NCBI RefSeq assembly: GCF_035084215.1
Contig: NC_090353.1
Location: 32,984,001-33,048,000, forward strand
Direction: 5' to 3'
DNA length: 64,000 bases
DNA from: Heptranchias perlo
Lineage: Eukaryota
Every line of letters starts with the position of its first letter. The stretch's first letter is position 1. Shown here piece by piece: positions 53,197 through 64,000 of this stretch. A program made the translations under genes and the position numbers. A model generated the notes under the pieces. That model worked only from the letters and a program-made list of their open reading frames with translations, was not told the DNA's origin and made no database searches.

Positions 53197-53361
53197 TGAT
53201 GTGGAGATGCCGGTGATGGACTGGGGTTGACAATTGTAAACAATTTTACAACACCATTTCATTTCCACATTCACCTGAGGAAGGAGGAAGCCTCCGAAAG
53301 CTTGTGGATTTTAAAATAAAATTGTTGGACTATAACTTGGTGTTGTAAAATTGTTTACAAT
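53197..53361. mobile_element. Penelope-type insert with hammerhead motif, nested in a CR1 tail in THOP1 intron 1
   Basis: 25-bp perfect inverted repeat (53232-53256 / 53338-53362); TACCTTTTGGAA duplicated at 53185-53196 and 53362-53373. Confidence 0.8.
53270..53308 (+). ncRNA. Minimal type I hammerhead ribozyme-like motif
   Basis: ttcac CTGAGGA A GGAGG-aag-CCTCC GAAA GC TT gtgga: core, stem II, palindromic AGCT stem III, stem I with a G-U pair. Confidence 0.65.
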
Positions 53362-53651
53362 TACCTTTTGGAAGTTATTATTGAATCTGCTTCCACCGTC
53401 CTTTCAGGCACTGCATTCCAGATGATAACAACTCGCTGCGCAAATATTGATTCAAATTTTACCCTTAATAAAGATTAACAAGTACAAAATTACCAATCAA
53501 AGCTCCTTTTACGTGTTTGTTAATTATCTGCCACAAATGAATGAATGAATTAAATTCTAGGGCTTTGCAATCCCTTCCCTCTCCTCCCGAAGTTCTCCCT
53601 CATCAATGCGCATGGCAGCCCCAGGGGGGTTCGCTCACTCGCTCGCTTTAC

Positions 53652-53877
53652 CAGTATATTCCACCTCGATGTCCGCCAGCTCCTTCAGCGTGTTCTCGTA
53701 CTTCACCTCCGCCAAGTCCAGTAACCCAACGCGATCGTACACCTGCTTTGTTCGTTGGATCAGGGCCTGGGCCTCCTCCTCGATTTGCAGCTTGCTCAGG
53801 TTCCAGCGGAGGTGGTTCGGGCCCGCGGGGTCTCCTCTCCCGCTGCTGCCGATCAGAGATTCGCCGGTGGGAGACAT
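53652..53877 (-). CDS. THOP1: Thimet oligopeptidase, coding exon 1 of 12 (MSPTGES...DIEVEYT)
   Basis: ATG at 53877; NHLRWNLS..IEE..IQRTKQVYD..YENTLKELADIEVEYT matches the THOP1 N-terminal region; donor G|GTAAAG, phase 1; in-frame TGA ~35 codons upstream with no intervening ATG. Confidence 0.9.
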
Positions 53878-53999
53878 AGTGATCGGTGATTTTTTTTTAA
53901 AAAAATTCTGATCACAGGAAGGTTTCGAGCAGTCGGTCGGGTGATGAAGGCTTTGAGGTACAGCCGTCGCTTGATCGTCCGATCGCTGTCACGCCGGTC

Positions 54000-54900
54000 A
54001 CCCCACGATTCAAACGTGGGAATTCTCAGCCCAACGAACAATCGCCAAGTCCCGCCTCCCTCTCATCCTCATTGGCCAAACTTACCTCGCGTGTAGGTTT
54101 TCGATCATCTCCATTGGTTGGTTCTACTGTCAATCATTTCCACGCCTCCAAAGAGGCGGGGAACATGGACGGTGAGTGACAGGCCGCATATCCCGCCTCT
54201 GTGTCTCGTTCATTGGACGGAATTGTTAGGTTACTGCTCATCCATTCGTTACTCGGGATGTCATTCATATTATCCCGTCCGGGGGGCGGGGTATAAAGCG
54301 AGGAGGAAAACGTCAGCTTCTTTGACAACCGAGAGTCCCGCCCCCTCCAGCTCTGAACAGCTGTCATGGGACTTTAGTGTGTTGGTCTAATGTCGTTAAC
54401 CTTGATATCACATAAATAAACTGGATTCTACACAGAAAGTCCGGGCTCCTCTTATTTTTCACGTTATGTGCAACAAGAATCAGCTTGTCACCAGCGCGCA
54501 TCAAGAAATATCCAGATAAATTATAACATGTGTATGTCACATATCAAGGTGATTCATTCGATGCATTTTACGAACTATTATTCCTAGCACGCACCATACA
54601 ATTTTTTAAATCATTTTTTTAAAATAAAAAGATATGATCTGCTCAACAGCCAAGCAGCTCGCTGCCCCGAACCGGCCGCGTGGAGAACCAGGTCACGCAA
54701 ATCTCACCGCCTCCCCCAGCGCATGCGCAGCACGTCCCCCCCGTTACGACACGTCACGGGTGAAGGGAACGCGTGGTCGGCGAGCGGAAAGAGCGCATGC
54801 GCTCTGAGATCTGGACGTCACCACCACCACCCCCCCCCCCCATTTTTGACGGCGCTTGCGCAGAGAGGTGCCGAGTTGGTGGTGGAAGTGTCCGTCTTAG
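54000..54900. promoter_or_regulatory. Bidirectional CpG-island promoter (THOP1 / divergent plus-strand gene)
   Basis: Minus-strand CCAAT boxes at 54071, 54113 and 54212, several GC boxes, TATAAA near 54292; two perfect NRF1 palindromes GCGCATGCGC (54719-54728, 54793-54802), CRE-like GACGTCA 54814. Confidence 0.8.
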
Positions 54901-54912
54901 TGTCAGAGAACG
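54850..54912 (+). other. Probable non-coding first exon of a divergent gene (SGTA by human synteny, inference)
   Basis: Follows the NRF1 cluster and ends in ACG|GTGAGT at 54912/54913 (alternative CAG|GTAAGG near 54973); human SGTA is head-to-head with THOP1; start approximate; no SGTA coding sequence seen in the window. Confidence 0.55.
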
Positions 54913-56744
54913 GTGAGTGTAAGGGAGTATTTCTTAACGGGGCGGACGCGAGGGAATTGCATGTTGCCCCAGGTAAGGCTTCACGACAGGGCAATTTTAC
55001 AGTTCGGGTCCCATGAGGAGGGTTATTTTCTTGACGGTTGTGTCGGTACGTGTGAGTGAGGAGGGACTCGGGTATAGTAGGCCCAGGCTGGAATGTTCTG
55101 CCCTTGTGTTGCTCTGCCTTGTGTTACCTGCGAGTCACCGTTTCATGCAGTGATTGCTGGCACATTCTTCGCTGAGACTATTGCATAGCTGTTCTTCTGT
55201 CATACTGATGAGCCTCCAAGAGTAGGGGGATGTTTGACGATAATTCAGTAGGGTTAATCGTTTATTGGTACCAATATGGCATAAGCACACTTAATTCAAT
55301 AAGTTATGAGATTCTGTGATATTTGTTTGCTGCTTATTATTCTTCCAAATTACTACCGTTGCCCATAACAGACCTGTACTTCTGCATGAAATGTTCCCTT
55401 CATACACAATCCAACATTGAAAGGACTGAATTTAGAATTATGCTGCTGAGCCTTCATAGTTCAAGTGGACAAGGTATGAAAATTTTGCATGCCCACCTAC
55501 TGACAGCACTGCATTTTCAGTTAATTGACATCGTGCTGAAAGTGTTGGCGGTACACTCGGAGTCTGACCTCTTCTTTCCCAAAATTAGTATAATGTTTCT
55601 ACAGTGAATTGCAACAGATAAAATAAACAAACTTGGTAGAGATTGAAATAACAAATGTTCCAAAATTTCTTTTAGCATCTGTGTATGAGATGTTTTTCAT
55701 ATACTATGTTCAAATCTATTGTATATCATTCCTTCATTGCTGTTTTTTCTTTTGACTTTTTGCTGTTTGGGATTTCCTTTTTGTTTTCCTTTTGTTTTTA
55801 TGTTCTCTTATTCCATGCTTTTCTAAGCCTTATTGTTTGGTGTATTCCACACATGGATTCTTTTTCTTCTTATGCCCAATGCCTCTTGCGCCCAGGATGC
55901 CATGTTTGCTTCCTGATTCCTTTTCTCCTTTAAATATACCAGCTGGCTTCTATTCTTGCAGTTGGTTCATTAGCCTTACTGAGGGGTAGGGCTGACTCAT
56001 CTCTTCCTCATTTCCCCCTTCTCTCCACCCTCGATAGAATTATTCTATTTCAACTACCAGGGAAATTGACTATTTTTGCACTGCAATGGAGGAAGGGATA
56101 ACCTTGCCTCTCAGTATAGTTCCCTGATTTTCACTCTAAGAACAGGAGAAAACAGTGGGAGGTGGACGAGGGAAATCGGACGGGGATCCCAGTACTTCAT
56201 GATCCAGATGCAAGTGTGATATTTTTGGCTCATTTTATAACTCAACAGATGTATGGCATTTGGTTGCTCTACTCACATCCCCCACTGAGCAGTTCTGTGC
56301 AGCTGCTAGAGTAACTCAAGCTTTATTTTTATTTGTGCATTAGCGTAACTACATATTTATGAAATCAGTTTTGGTAATTATGTTTTTCTGTCTTTGTTAT
56401 TTGTACTCTGATTAAAAAGGTCCAATCTGCTATTGAGGCATTTTACTGTTTGACTTTGGAGACCTCATCTGAATCATAAGAGTACTGTACAACATTCTTG
56501 ATAAGAAATTAGAATGTCATGTTAGGGACTATTGCTGTATTTATCCTTTGTGATATCAAACTTATTTTAATCTGATAAAAACACTTTGCCAAGCAGTTAT
56601 ACAATGCTGAGCACTTTTGAGCTGAAACTGACAAAACACGTTCCAGTCTGCAACACCCCTGACCAAACAACAGTTGAGCTGACCTTGGATTGTGGATTGT
56701 GTTGACTTGTAGAAATTAGACTTTATGGTCTTTAAAAGGACATG

Positions 56745-56798
56745 CCAGTTTAAACATGGCTCCAGTTTAAACATGGCTCCAGTTTAAACATGGCTCCA
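56745..56798. repeat. 17-bp tandem repeat x3
   Basis: (CCAGTTTAAACATGGCT)3, exact. Confidence 0.95.
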
Positions 56799-59772
56799 TC
56801 TTAGCAGAACAATGCATTGTGCATTGCATGGTATAGTACTCTTTATTATAAAACCACATATGTGGTATACTCTGAGCAAAACTATGGGAGATCTGGTACA
56901 TATTAAAGCATAGAAGCCCTTTCCACTAATGAAATGAAATGAGCCATACAGATCAGAAGGTCCCTGGTTTGATTGCTGGTCTGAATTAGCTGATCTTAGC
57001 TAGGGTAGGAGTAGGAATGCTACCATTGGCCCTGAGCTAAACAGTGGGGAAATCAGCAAGGATTCTTGACGATTCTATTGATCCCCTACTGAAAAGTGTG
57101 CAAGTGTAAATGATGGGTGAGGATAGGATCCCGTCCTCAAAAGTCAAATAGCCTGCCAGGATTCAGTTCCTAGATGCACACAAGGAACCACTTGGAAATG
57201 GAATGGCTGCTTAGAAAAGGTAGTGTAATCATGCTCCAGTCCCTTCACACTAGGAGGAGAGAAAAACAAAAGAAAATTACTCTTTTTGTTATGGCCATTG
57301 TCTCAACAATCAATACGTATCCTGCAGCAGCAATTCTGATAGCCAGAGATGTAGAAGAATCTAAAAATTCCTGCCCCAAATTCATAGTCTCTCGCCGTAA
57401 GAGGTTTTCAGGAGTTGATATGATTAGCAATCTGCATAATGTTCTTTCCTGATGAGAATTCGTACAGTTCTGTGTCAAATTCAGAGAAGTCTATTCTTGG
57501 AGGAGCATTGATTAAAATTGCAAAGAAAATCAAGAGTCTTGAGACAAAACTGCATCTGTGAATCATTAGACCAGTTCTACTTCATTGGAAATTTAACTTG
57601 CTTACAAATCTATAAAAATCTCATTACCTATATATAGATAATTCATAATTCTTGCTACAGAACTACAATTCTCAAAAGATCCTTATGAAGCTTAATAGAA
57701 TAGGCTTCCAGAAGTTATTTCTTTAATGTCTTGATTAGATCTGGGACTTCGTAAATGCTGAAGTTACTGAATTTTTGTTCATCTGACTTTTTCTCTCCTT
57801 CCTAAAATTACTTACTCATTATGCATTATAGTTCTATAGGTGCTTTCTGGTATCTCACCTAAGTAGCAATGCTTTCTTCATGTGTGAACTAGACAGTGAA
57901 GGCTGCAGGTTATTTTGCTGTGGGGACGTAACTGAGTGTCCTTGCCCGATGTCCCTTGCCTTGGGCTAACAATTAAAAATGGGAGCCTCTGATTTTGCAC
58001 TCTTACTTTCTTCCCGTAACTGTATTATTCACCTTGTTTTTCATTAACTTTATTAATTTATCCCAGTGTTTGTTACACTCCCTCTTCATCTCTCATTTTT
58101 CTTCCTGGACTAGTTCTACAGGGGACTGTGGGATGGAGGGAGGGAAAGGATCTGGAGCCAGCGATGTAGAGCAAAGAGAAATGGAGTCCTCGACATGCAC
58201 GTGCACTCTTCATGTTGGGCTTGTTTGCAAAGTATCTCCTTTAATATTTTTTTCTTACTCTGACCTGGAAAATAGGCAGTTGATCTGCTCCCAGACCTTT
58301 GCCCATGTCACAGTAATTAGTTGCTAAGAAGTTGCAAAATCTGTGTTGTTTGCCTGTAAGTGTGTGCTTTTCTTCCTCCCCCGAGCCTGCCAAGGTAGAA
58401 AATATTGCTGTTTCTGCTTGTCGTACCACTCCATGCCATACGGAGCTTTAATGTATTTCATGTCACTGAACTCCCTCTTCAAAGCATTTTTATTAATGCA
58501 GTTGTGCAGTGACTTAAGACTGATCCACTATGCCACTGAATGGTGATTACAAAATCAAAAATAGCCTTTGATAACTCATTCATTCATGTAGTTGGATGAC
58601 AAGTAATGGAAGCATAAGACAACTGAACTGTGTCCTCCTGATAAGTCCTAAATCCCAGGAACAGAACACAAGAATTTAGAGCAATTATCTGAATATCAAA
58701 ATTAGATTGTAACAGTGAGATTGCTCAGGTTTCCAAAGCTTTTAATTCACAAGAAAAGTTTATTTTATAATCTAATAAGATAACTCTACATTTTCGTGAA
58801 TTTCATGTATGCCACCTCACGCATCTGTCACAATTATAGGAAGATGTGGTCCAGGCAATGACTCAAGCAAATTTCTTCCAAAAGATCTTTTTGGAGAAAA
58901 GTCAGTCAACATCTGTAACGAGAAAAGACAGGTTATAATGTTTTGGATATGTACCCATCACCAGTCAGGCCAAGGTTGCAGATGTCATGGCTTACTCTAT
59001 CTTGCTTAGAACCATAGGATCTTGTGGGGTTGATGCCTACAATATAAAACTTTAGCAGGGAAGAGTAGTAAAGAAGCTGTTATGCTTCAAGCTTTAATGG
59101 CCACTATGACAATCAGCTGTTTTTTAAGGGCAAAGTTATTTTAAAATCAGACTGCCTCAGTCTCACTTTTGTTTGATGTGCCTGATCCCAGAACAGACAT
59201 TTAATTGTTTTTGGTGGAGAAGTGAGTTAGTTTATTCTGGGTTCTGCTGACATTTGTATATCAGCCAAGCTTTGCATTTATTGTTCAGTTATCTGAACAT
59301 CTTGATTTTAGACTACTTACTAGTCTCACTCTGTAGCATCTAACTATTTTCAAACCTAAAACATTGATAAGCAATGTTTATTTTGTGTTAGTTGTGCTCA
59401 GTTCAAAATGTAGTGATGTGGTACCAAGGTAAGTGGATGTTCTGGTAGCTGAAAATAGTTTTCAAGTATTGAATTGTTCATTCATTTGTGCTGTTGACCG
59501 GAGGTATGAAGCTTTCTTTAGGAGAAACTTCTAATGACAGACTCTGCTTTTTGGAGGGTTCCTGGTATTCCCTTGCTAAGAGTTAGTATGGAAGTTTACA
59601 GCATGGAAGCAGGCCATTCGACCCATTTTGTTGGCTCTTTACTCGAATAATTCACAACTAATCCCGCTGTTCTGTCTCCAGATAGCCCCATATCTTCCTC
59701 TGTGAACAACCAGGGAAGTTTTTGACGTAGCATTTTGGAAATTGGATCTCTAGGCAGATGGTCTGGCAAGGA

Positions 59773-59807
59773 ATGTATGTATGTATGTATGTATGTATGT
59801 ATGTATG

Positions 59808-59840
<33 letters not shown>
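59773..59840. repeat. Compound microsatellite (TATG)n(TA)n(CA)n
   Basis: Direct reading. Confidence 0.95.
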
Positions 59841-61659
59841 GGGCGGGTGCCCGCCCGCCCGCAGGAAGGTGAGAACGATGGAACTGTGGAGAGATCGACA
59901 TACGCTCCCCTGCCCACGTGCCATCCAACGTGACTGTCCCATCCCCCACCCAGTCAGTGGGCACCCCATAGCTGTAAGCCGTCAGTAAGCCAGTGCAGGG
60001 ATTGACCGTCTACCAAAAGTATTTATACATGCACAACGTGGAACAAAGTTTGTGAGGCATCATGGAGAAATTTGCTCACACTTATAGGAGAGTGAAGTGA
60101 GCACTTATTGGGATACAATCTGTCAGACAGTCACACTCCCACATACTAAAGAAAAACTAGTATGACTAAACATGGTGGTTTTGCTTTAGCATGATACTGT
60201 TTAATTTTGATCTACAACTTAATAGAATTTAAGCACGAATCGGTTCAGAAAATTTTAAATATACAAACCCAGAAATTGACCTGAGAATGTCACCAAGAGT
60301 CGGTGTTTGTTTGGTATGGGAAGAAACTTTTATAAGGTCATTTTATTGCATAAATATTTTAGAAATAATCTAATTGTAGTGCCATGGATCCACAGGACTG
60401 AGCCTCCCAATTGATGATTTTCTTTAGAAGGATAAATAACTGGAAATATTTTAAAATGATAAATGAAATGTAGGCAATGGCAACAACAAATTGCATTTAT
60501 GTAGTGCCTTTAACACTCGAGGCATGTCACAAAAAGGGGCAAGGAAAATAGACCCCGAGTTTGGAAGTTAGAACAGCACCAGGTAAATCTTGAACCAGGA
60601 AAAAGAGTTCAGAAAAAGTCTTGAGAACCTCAACGGCAGAATAAACCTGGCAGAAGCAGGTTGTTAGGAATGGCCTTTGACCATATCAGTGAGGGATCAG
60701 TGGGCAGCTGTTATTCTGGACCAATATCAGATGAGTTATTTTATTCACGTGTTTCACAGTCAATTGACAGTGCTCAGGGCGGACAGTCATTTAGCAGCTC
60801 AATGTATAGGTACATATGTAAACATGTATGTAAATAATAAACACATATACATACATTTACTATGAGGCGGACAAATATATTAGGAAATTCAATTTGCAAG
60901 TTAAAAGTGTAATTCTTAGCATTAATAATTCTACAGAAGTTTAACAAAGTTAACTGACTTATTAGGTAACTGGGAGGCAACGCAGTTCCTTTTCCCAGGG
61001 GGAATCTGGTCAGGAATAAGTAGTGTATAAACAGTTTTTCTTCCTTCCGGACCCCCTCCAACCTGCCATAGCTATAGGATTACAACACTCGGCTGGTGAC
61101 TTGTTCATTCTGGAGAACATTACGCTCAAAGCATATGCTCATTAAGATCATGATGTAAAAATGTGTTGAAGTTGGTGACACTTCAATAACGTGTTAAGTC
61201 TGGGAAAGAGGGTCTGTGGGCTGCCTGCGGTTATTTGACTCTGATCACAATACTTTCCAGAGGTAAAAAGATATGCCATGTATACTGGAAGTCTGAGATT
61301 AAAACAGAAAATTGAAGGACCCTCTCTGTCTCAGCTGCCGACTAACCTATGTATTTTCATCTTTATCTCCTTTTTAGTTGAAAAGTTTAGTACGTTATTC
61401 CAATCTCACTGCTTTTTAGGACACTTTTTGTGACGTCATACTTTAGGATCTTAGCCATGTTCTTGTCTTCCAATGGATAATTTTAAACAAAAGAAAGGGG
61501 GAAAAAATCCATTTATATGCCCCCGTCTAACATCCCTTAAAATATCCAAAAACACTTCAGGTAGAAGAAGTTGCTTTCAAATGGAGTTATTATTCAATGA
61601 ATACAGCTGCCATTTTATGGACAACAATGTCTCAGTCACCTGAGACATTGTTGTCCATA

Positions 61660-61763
61660 ATCGTTCACATCGTTCACCTGAGGAAGGAGGTAGCCTCCGA
61701 AAGCTTGTGAATTTAAAATAAAATTGCTGGACTATAACTTGGTGTTGTAAAATTGTTTACAAT
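61660..61763 (+). mobile_element. Penelope-type 3' fragment
   Basis: Near-identical to 53268-53362 (..aaaataaaattg.tggactataactt.ggtgttgtaaaattgtttacaat). Confidence 0.8.
61673..61711 (+). ncRNA. Minimal type I hammerhead ribozyme-like motif (second copy)
   Basis: ttcac CTGAGGA A GGAGG-tag-CCTCC GAAA GC TT gtgaa; perfect 5-bp stem I. Confidence 0.68.
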
Positions 61764-64000
61764 CAGTCAACAGGGTATACTTTTGCCTCATCCGTCTGGG
61801 CTGGATTTGAACTTGGGTCCCAGAAGTGTAAGACCAGCGCCTAACCAGAGGTCTGTTAATTTTTAATTTGTTGTCCTATCACACAACTTAGCTCAAAATT
61901 GTTTGTGGGAATAATCTAAAGCTGTTTTTGTAATGGTGCCATTTAATTTGGATTCCGAAAGACTGACATCTGTGCTCCAACTCTTGGTGTTTACGTTGCT
62001 GAATCTGGCTCCGTTATCCAGGTGGTAGACCAACTAGTCTACCGCAGGGTTAAGGAAGCCAGTTATAACAGCGTAATTTATGGGAGCGGCATCATAGACA
62101 CCAGTCTGTTTTCCCAGAATCTGAATGGCACCAGCATAAAACCAGCTCCAGCTACACGCGTGCAGGACCAATAGCATGAGACTTGTAAAGCTTAGTTCCC
62201 AGAAGTGCCCCATTCCTCCTGCTTTTAGCACCTGAGTCATTCATAAAGCATGTTATACATGAAGCCATTTGAATGGGTAGTGCTTGACTATTGGTTTCTA
62301 TAAATGTGACTAAATCCTAAAAGCAGGAATATGGATGAGACCATTTGAATATTGGAGTCTTGTGATACATATAATAGGTTTAGTAACAAAATGCCTTTTA
62401 ATATACAGTTTATGCAGATTGTTTCTCAGCAAAATGCTCTTCAAACCACCTCACAACCCCAGCCTGGCTACAACATTGCAAAGATGTAGGACATTGTCCC
62501 TTTTTATTCCATGTCGGAGTACATAGGGTGGTCAGTGGCAATAATAAAATCTTTTTTCCCCCCCACCAAATAAGACTTCTCAAGTGACCATTCCCTAAAT
62601 AAATAAATGTGTAGTTGTAAATGCCTACAGTAATATCAGAATTCCTCCAGTTACAGATTGTTCTCCAACAGATTTTGCAGTATCAAATAATTTAATGTTA
62701 CTCATTTAGAGTCAAGTGATAAGCTTGCACTTTTATTCCACCATTATGAACTCATCGTACTCCTCCAGGACCTTATGCACGTCAGAAATATCTTCCCTCA
62801 GTAACTGTTTATTTTGAAGAGGATAAGAGCTAGGAGAATTTTTGGGGGCGGTAACATTTCTTGTTTCAGTGACATTGATAAACTGGTATTGCAGTTTTTA
62901 ATATATCATCTAAAGTACCCACTGTGTTACTGACATTAAACACATACCAAGGTATCTTTTACTCTAAATTTAAAAATCCTTATCTTATTTAAACTCTGAG
63001 GAAAATTATCAGGAGGTTATGATTTATCCTCCTGCATGTTCCACAAACTTCCTAATAAATCTGTGAGGAAATTTAATAGGGGAGTCTGCATTTAGTCTTG
63101 CTCAATTGAATTTTTCCTTCTTTCCACCCATGCACAGTTATACCTACAAGATGTTGCATTTGCTAAGTTCTTTTTTGTTTTCTCCTATCAACGAACAAAG
63201 ATCATTTAATGGAGAGTAAAAGAGAATTATTATTTCCCAGTGGATGAAAAGAGAGCTAACTCCTTGTAACCTTATCTAACCTCAGCAATGTGGGGCAAAT
63301 CTGAATTAATTTGAATGAAATGTAGCTCTATCTCTGATCAATTCTAGTAATAGAGTCTCGTTCTTCCTCTGTAAATATATATTACTGCTATTGACTTTCT
63401 TTAGGATCGATAATTTAAATTAATAGACCATTTTATAAAAAGCTGAGTGTTTGCACTTTAGTTTGCATGCCAGTGTACCTGCTAATTAAAATTTTCTTAA
63501 ATAGATGTGGTGAAGAATGATGATGTTTTGAGTAGCTCGTCATTTGATTTTGATTTGTCTATTTAGGGCCCCACAATTTCTTAATAGATGCTTTTACGTT
63601 GCCACTTGTTTAGTTCGGGTCATGGGAGAGCGATGCTGAAGTTGGTTCTCGTATCCTGGCGACAGAATCTTGGACCCACATTCTCATGGGTATGGACTGT
63701 CTCAGAGAGTCTAGTGGCGAGCGGCAATGCTCGTTGCAGTATTGAGCTCTACAGACCAGAAATTCCCAGTTTCCATCCCCATTCTACAGAGTTAGTTAAC
63801 TTCCCCCTTACACCTGATCTGAACTCTCTGTCTTTATCTTCCTACATTTCTTCAATCAAGTTTAACATCTCATCTTTTTCCTAGGCCTCCAGGTCTGAAT
63901 ATTAGCTAAGTAACTTCAGACTTTAGTCATAATCGCCATTTGCCTTTCAGCTACAGATGTGGCAATGGGTCCATTGGCATCTGAGGGAGGGGAGGTAGTT

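Noticed and set aside
29352-53877. Neurolysin (NLN) instead of THOP1
   Set aside because: Diagnostic residues follow THOP1 as recalled ([42 protein letters not shown]), not NLN; no mitochondrial presequence seen.
56745-56798. CRISPR-like array
   Set aside because: Head-to-tail repeats with no spacers, in vertebrate DNA.
59596-59988. ORFs with YIHT/MYVC repeats
   Set aside because: Translations of a microsatellite.
55000-64000. SGTA coding exons
   Set aside because: No ORF or hand-read segment resembling the SGTA N-terminus was found; the region looks intronic.

Overview
Eukaryotic, repeat-rich vertebrate DNA; the repeat landscape (CR1/L2/Tx1/RTE LINEs, tRNA-derived SINEs, Penelope-type fragments) looks like a cartilaginous fish (shark; inference). 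Two complete spliced genes lie on the minus strand. THOP1 (thimet oligopeptidase) has 12 coding exons at 53877->29352 and encodes 689 aa with the HEFGH zinc motif. A 5-exon ZNF367-like zinc-finger gene at 19656->8796 (~299 aa) is diverged from canonical ZNF367 and sits next to THOP1, so it may be a retained paralog (ohnolog). A CpG-rich bidirectional promoter (54000-54950) separates THOP1 from a plus-strand non-coding first exon, probably SGTA by human synteny; no SGTA coding exon was found. The most unusual sequence-level signals are minimal hammerhead-ribozyme motifs in small Penelope-type inserts (one with a perfect 21-bp hairpin of flanking DNA), a Tx1-type LINE inserted into the tRNA head of a SINE, SINE/LINE pairs sharing 3' tails, a second E2F/NF-Y/RFX promoter-like island in intron 1 of the ZNF367-like gene, and clustered AAGUGC-family miRNA sites in its putative 3'UTR. 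All homology statements are from recall, not database searches, and repeat boundaries are approximate.
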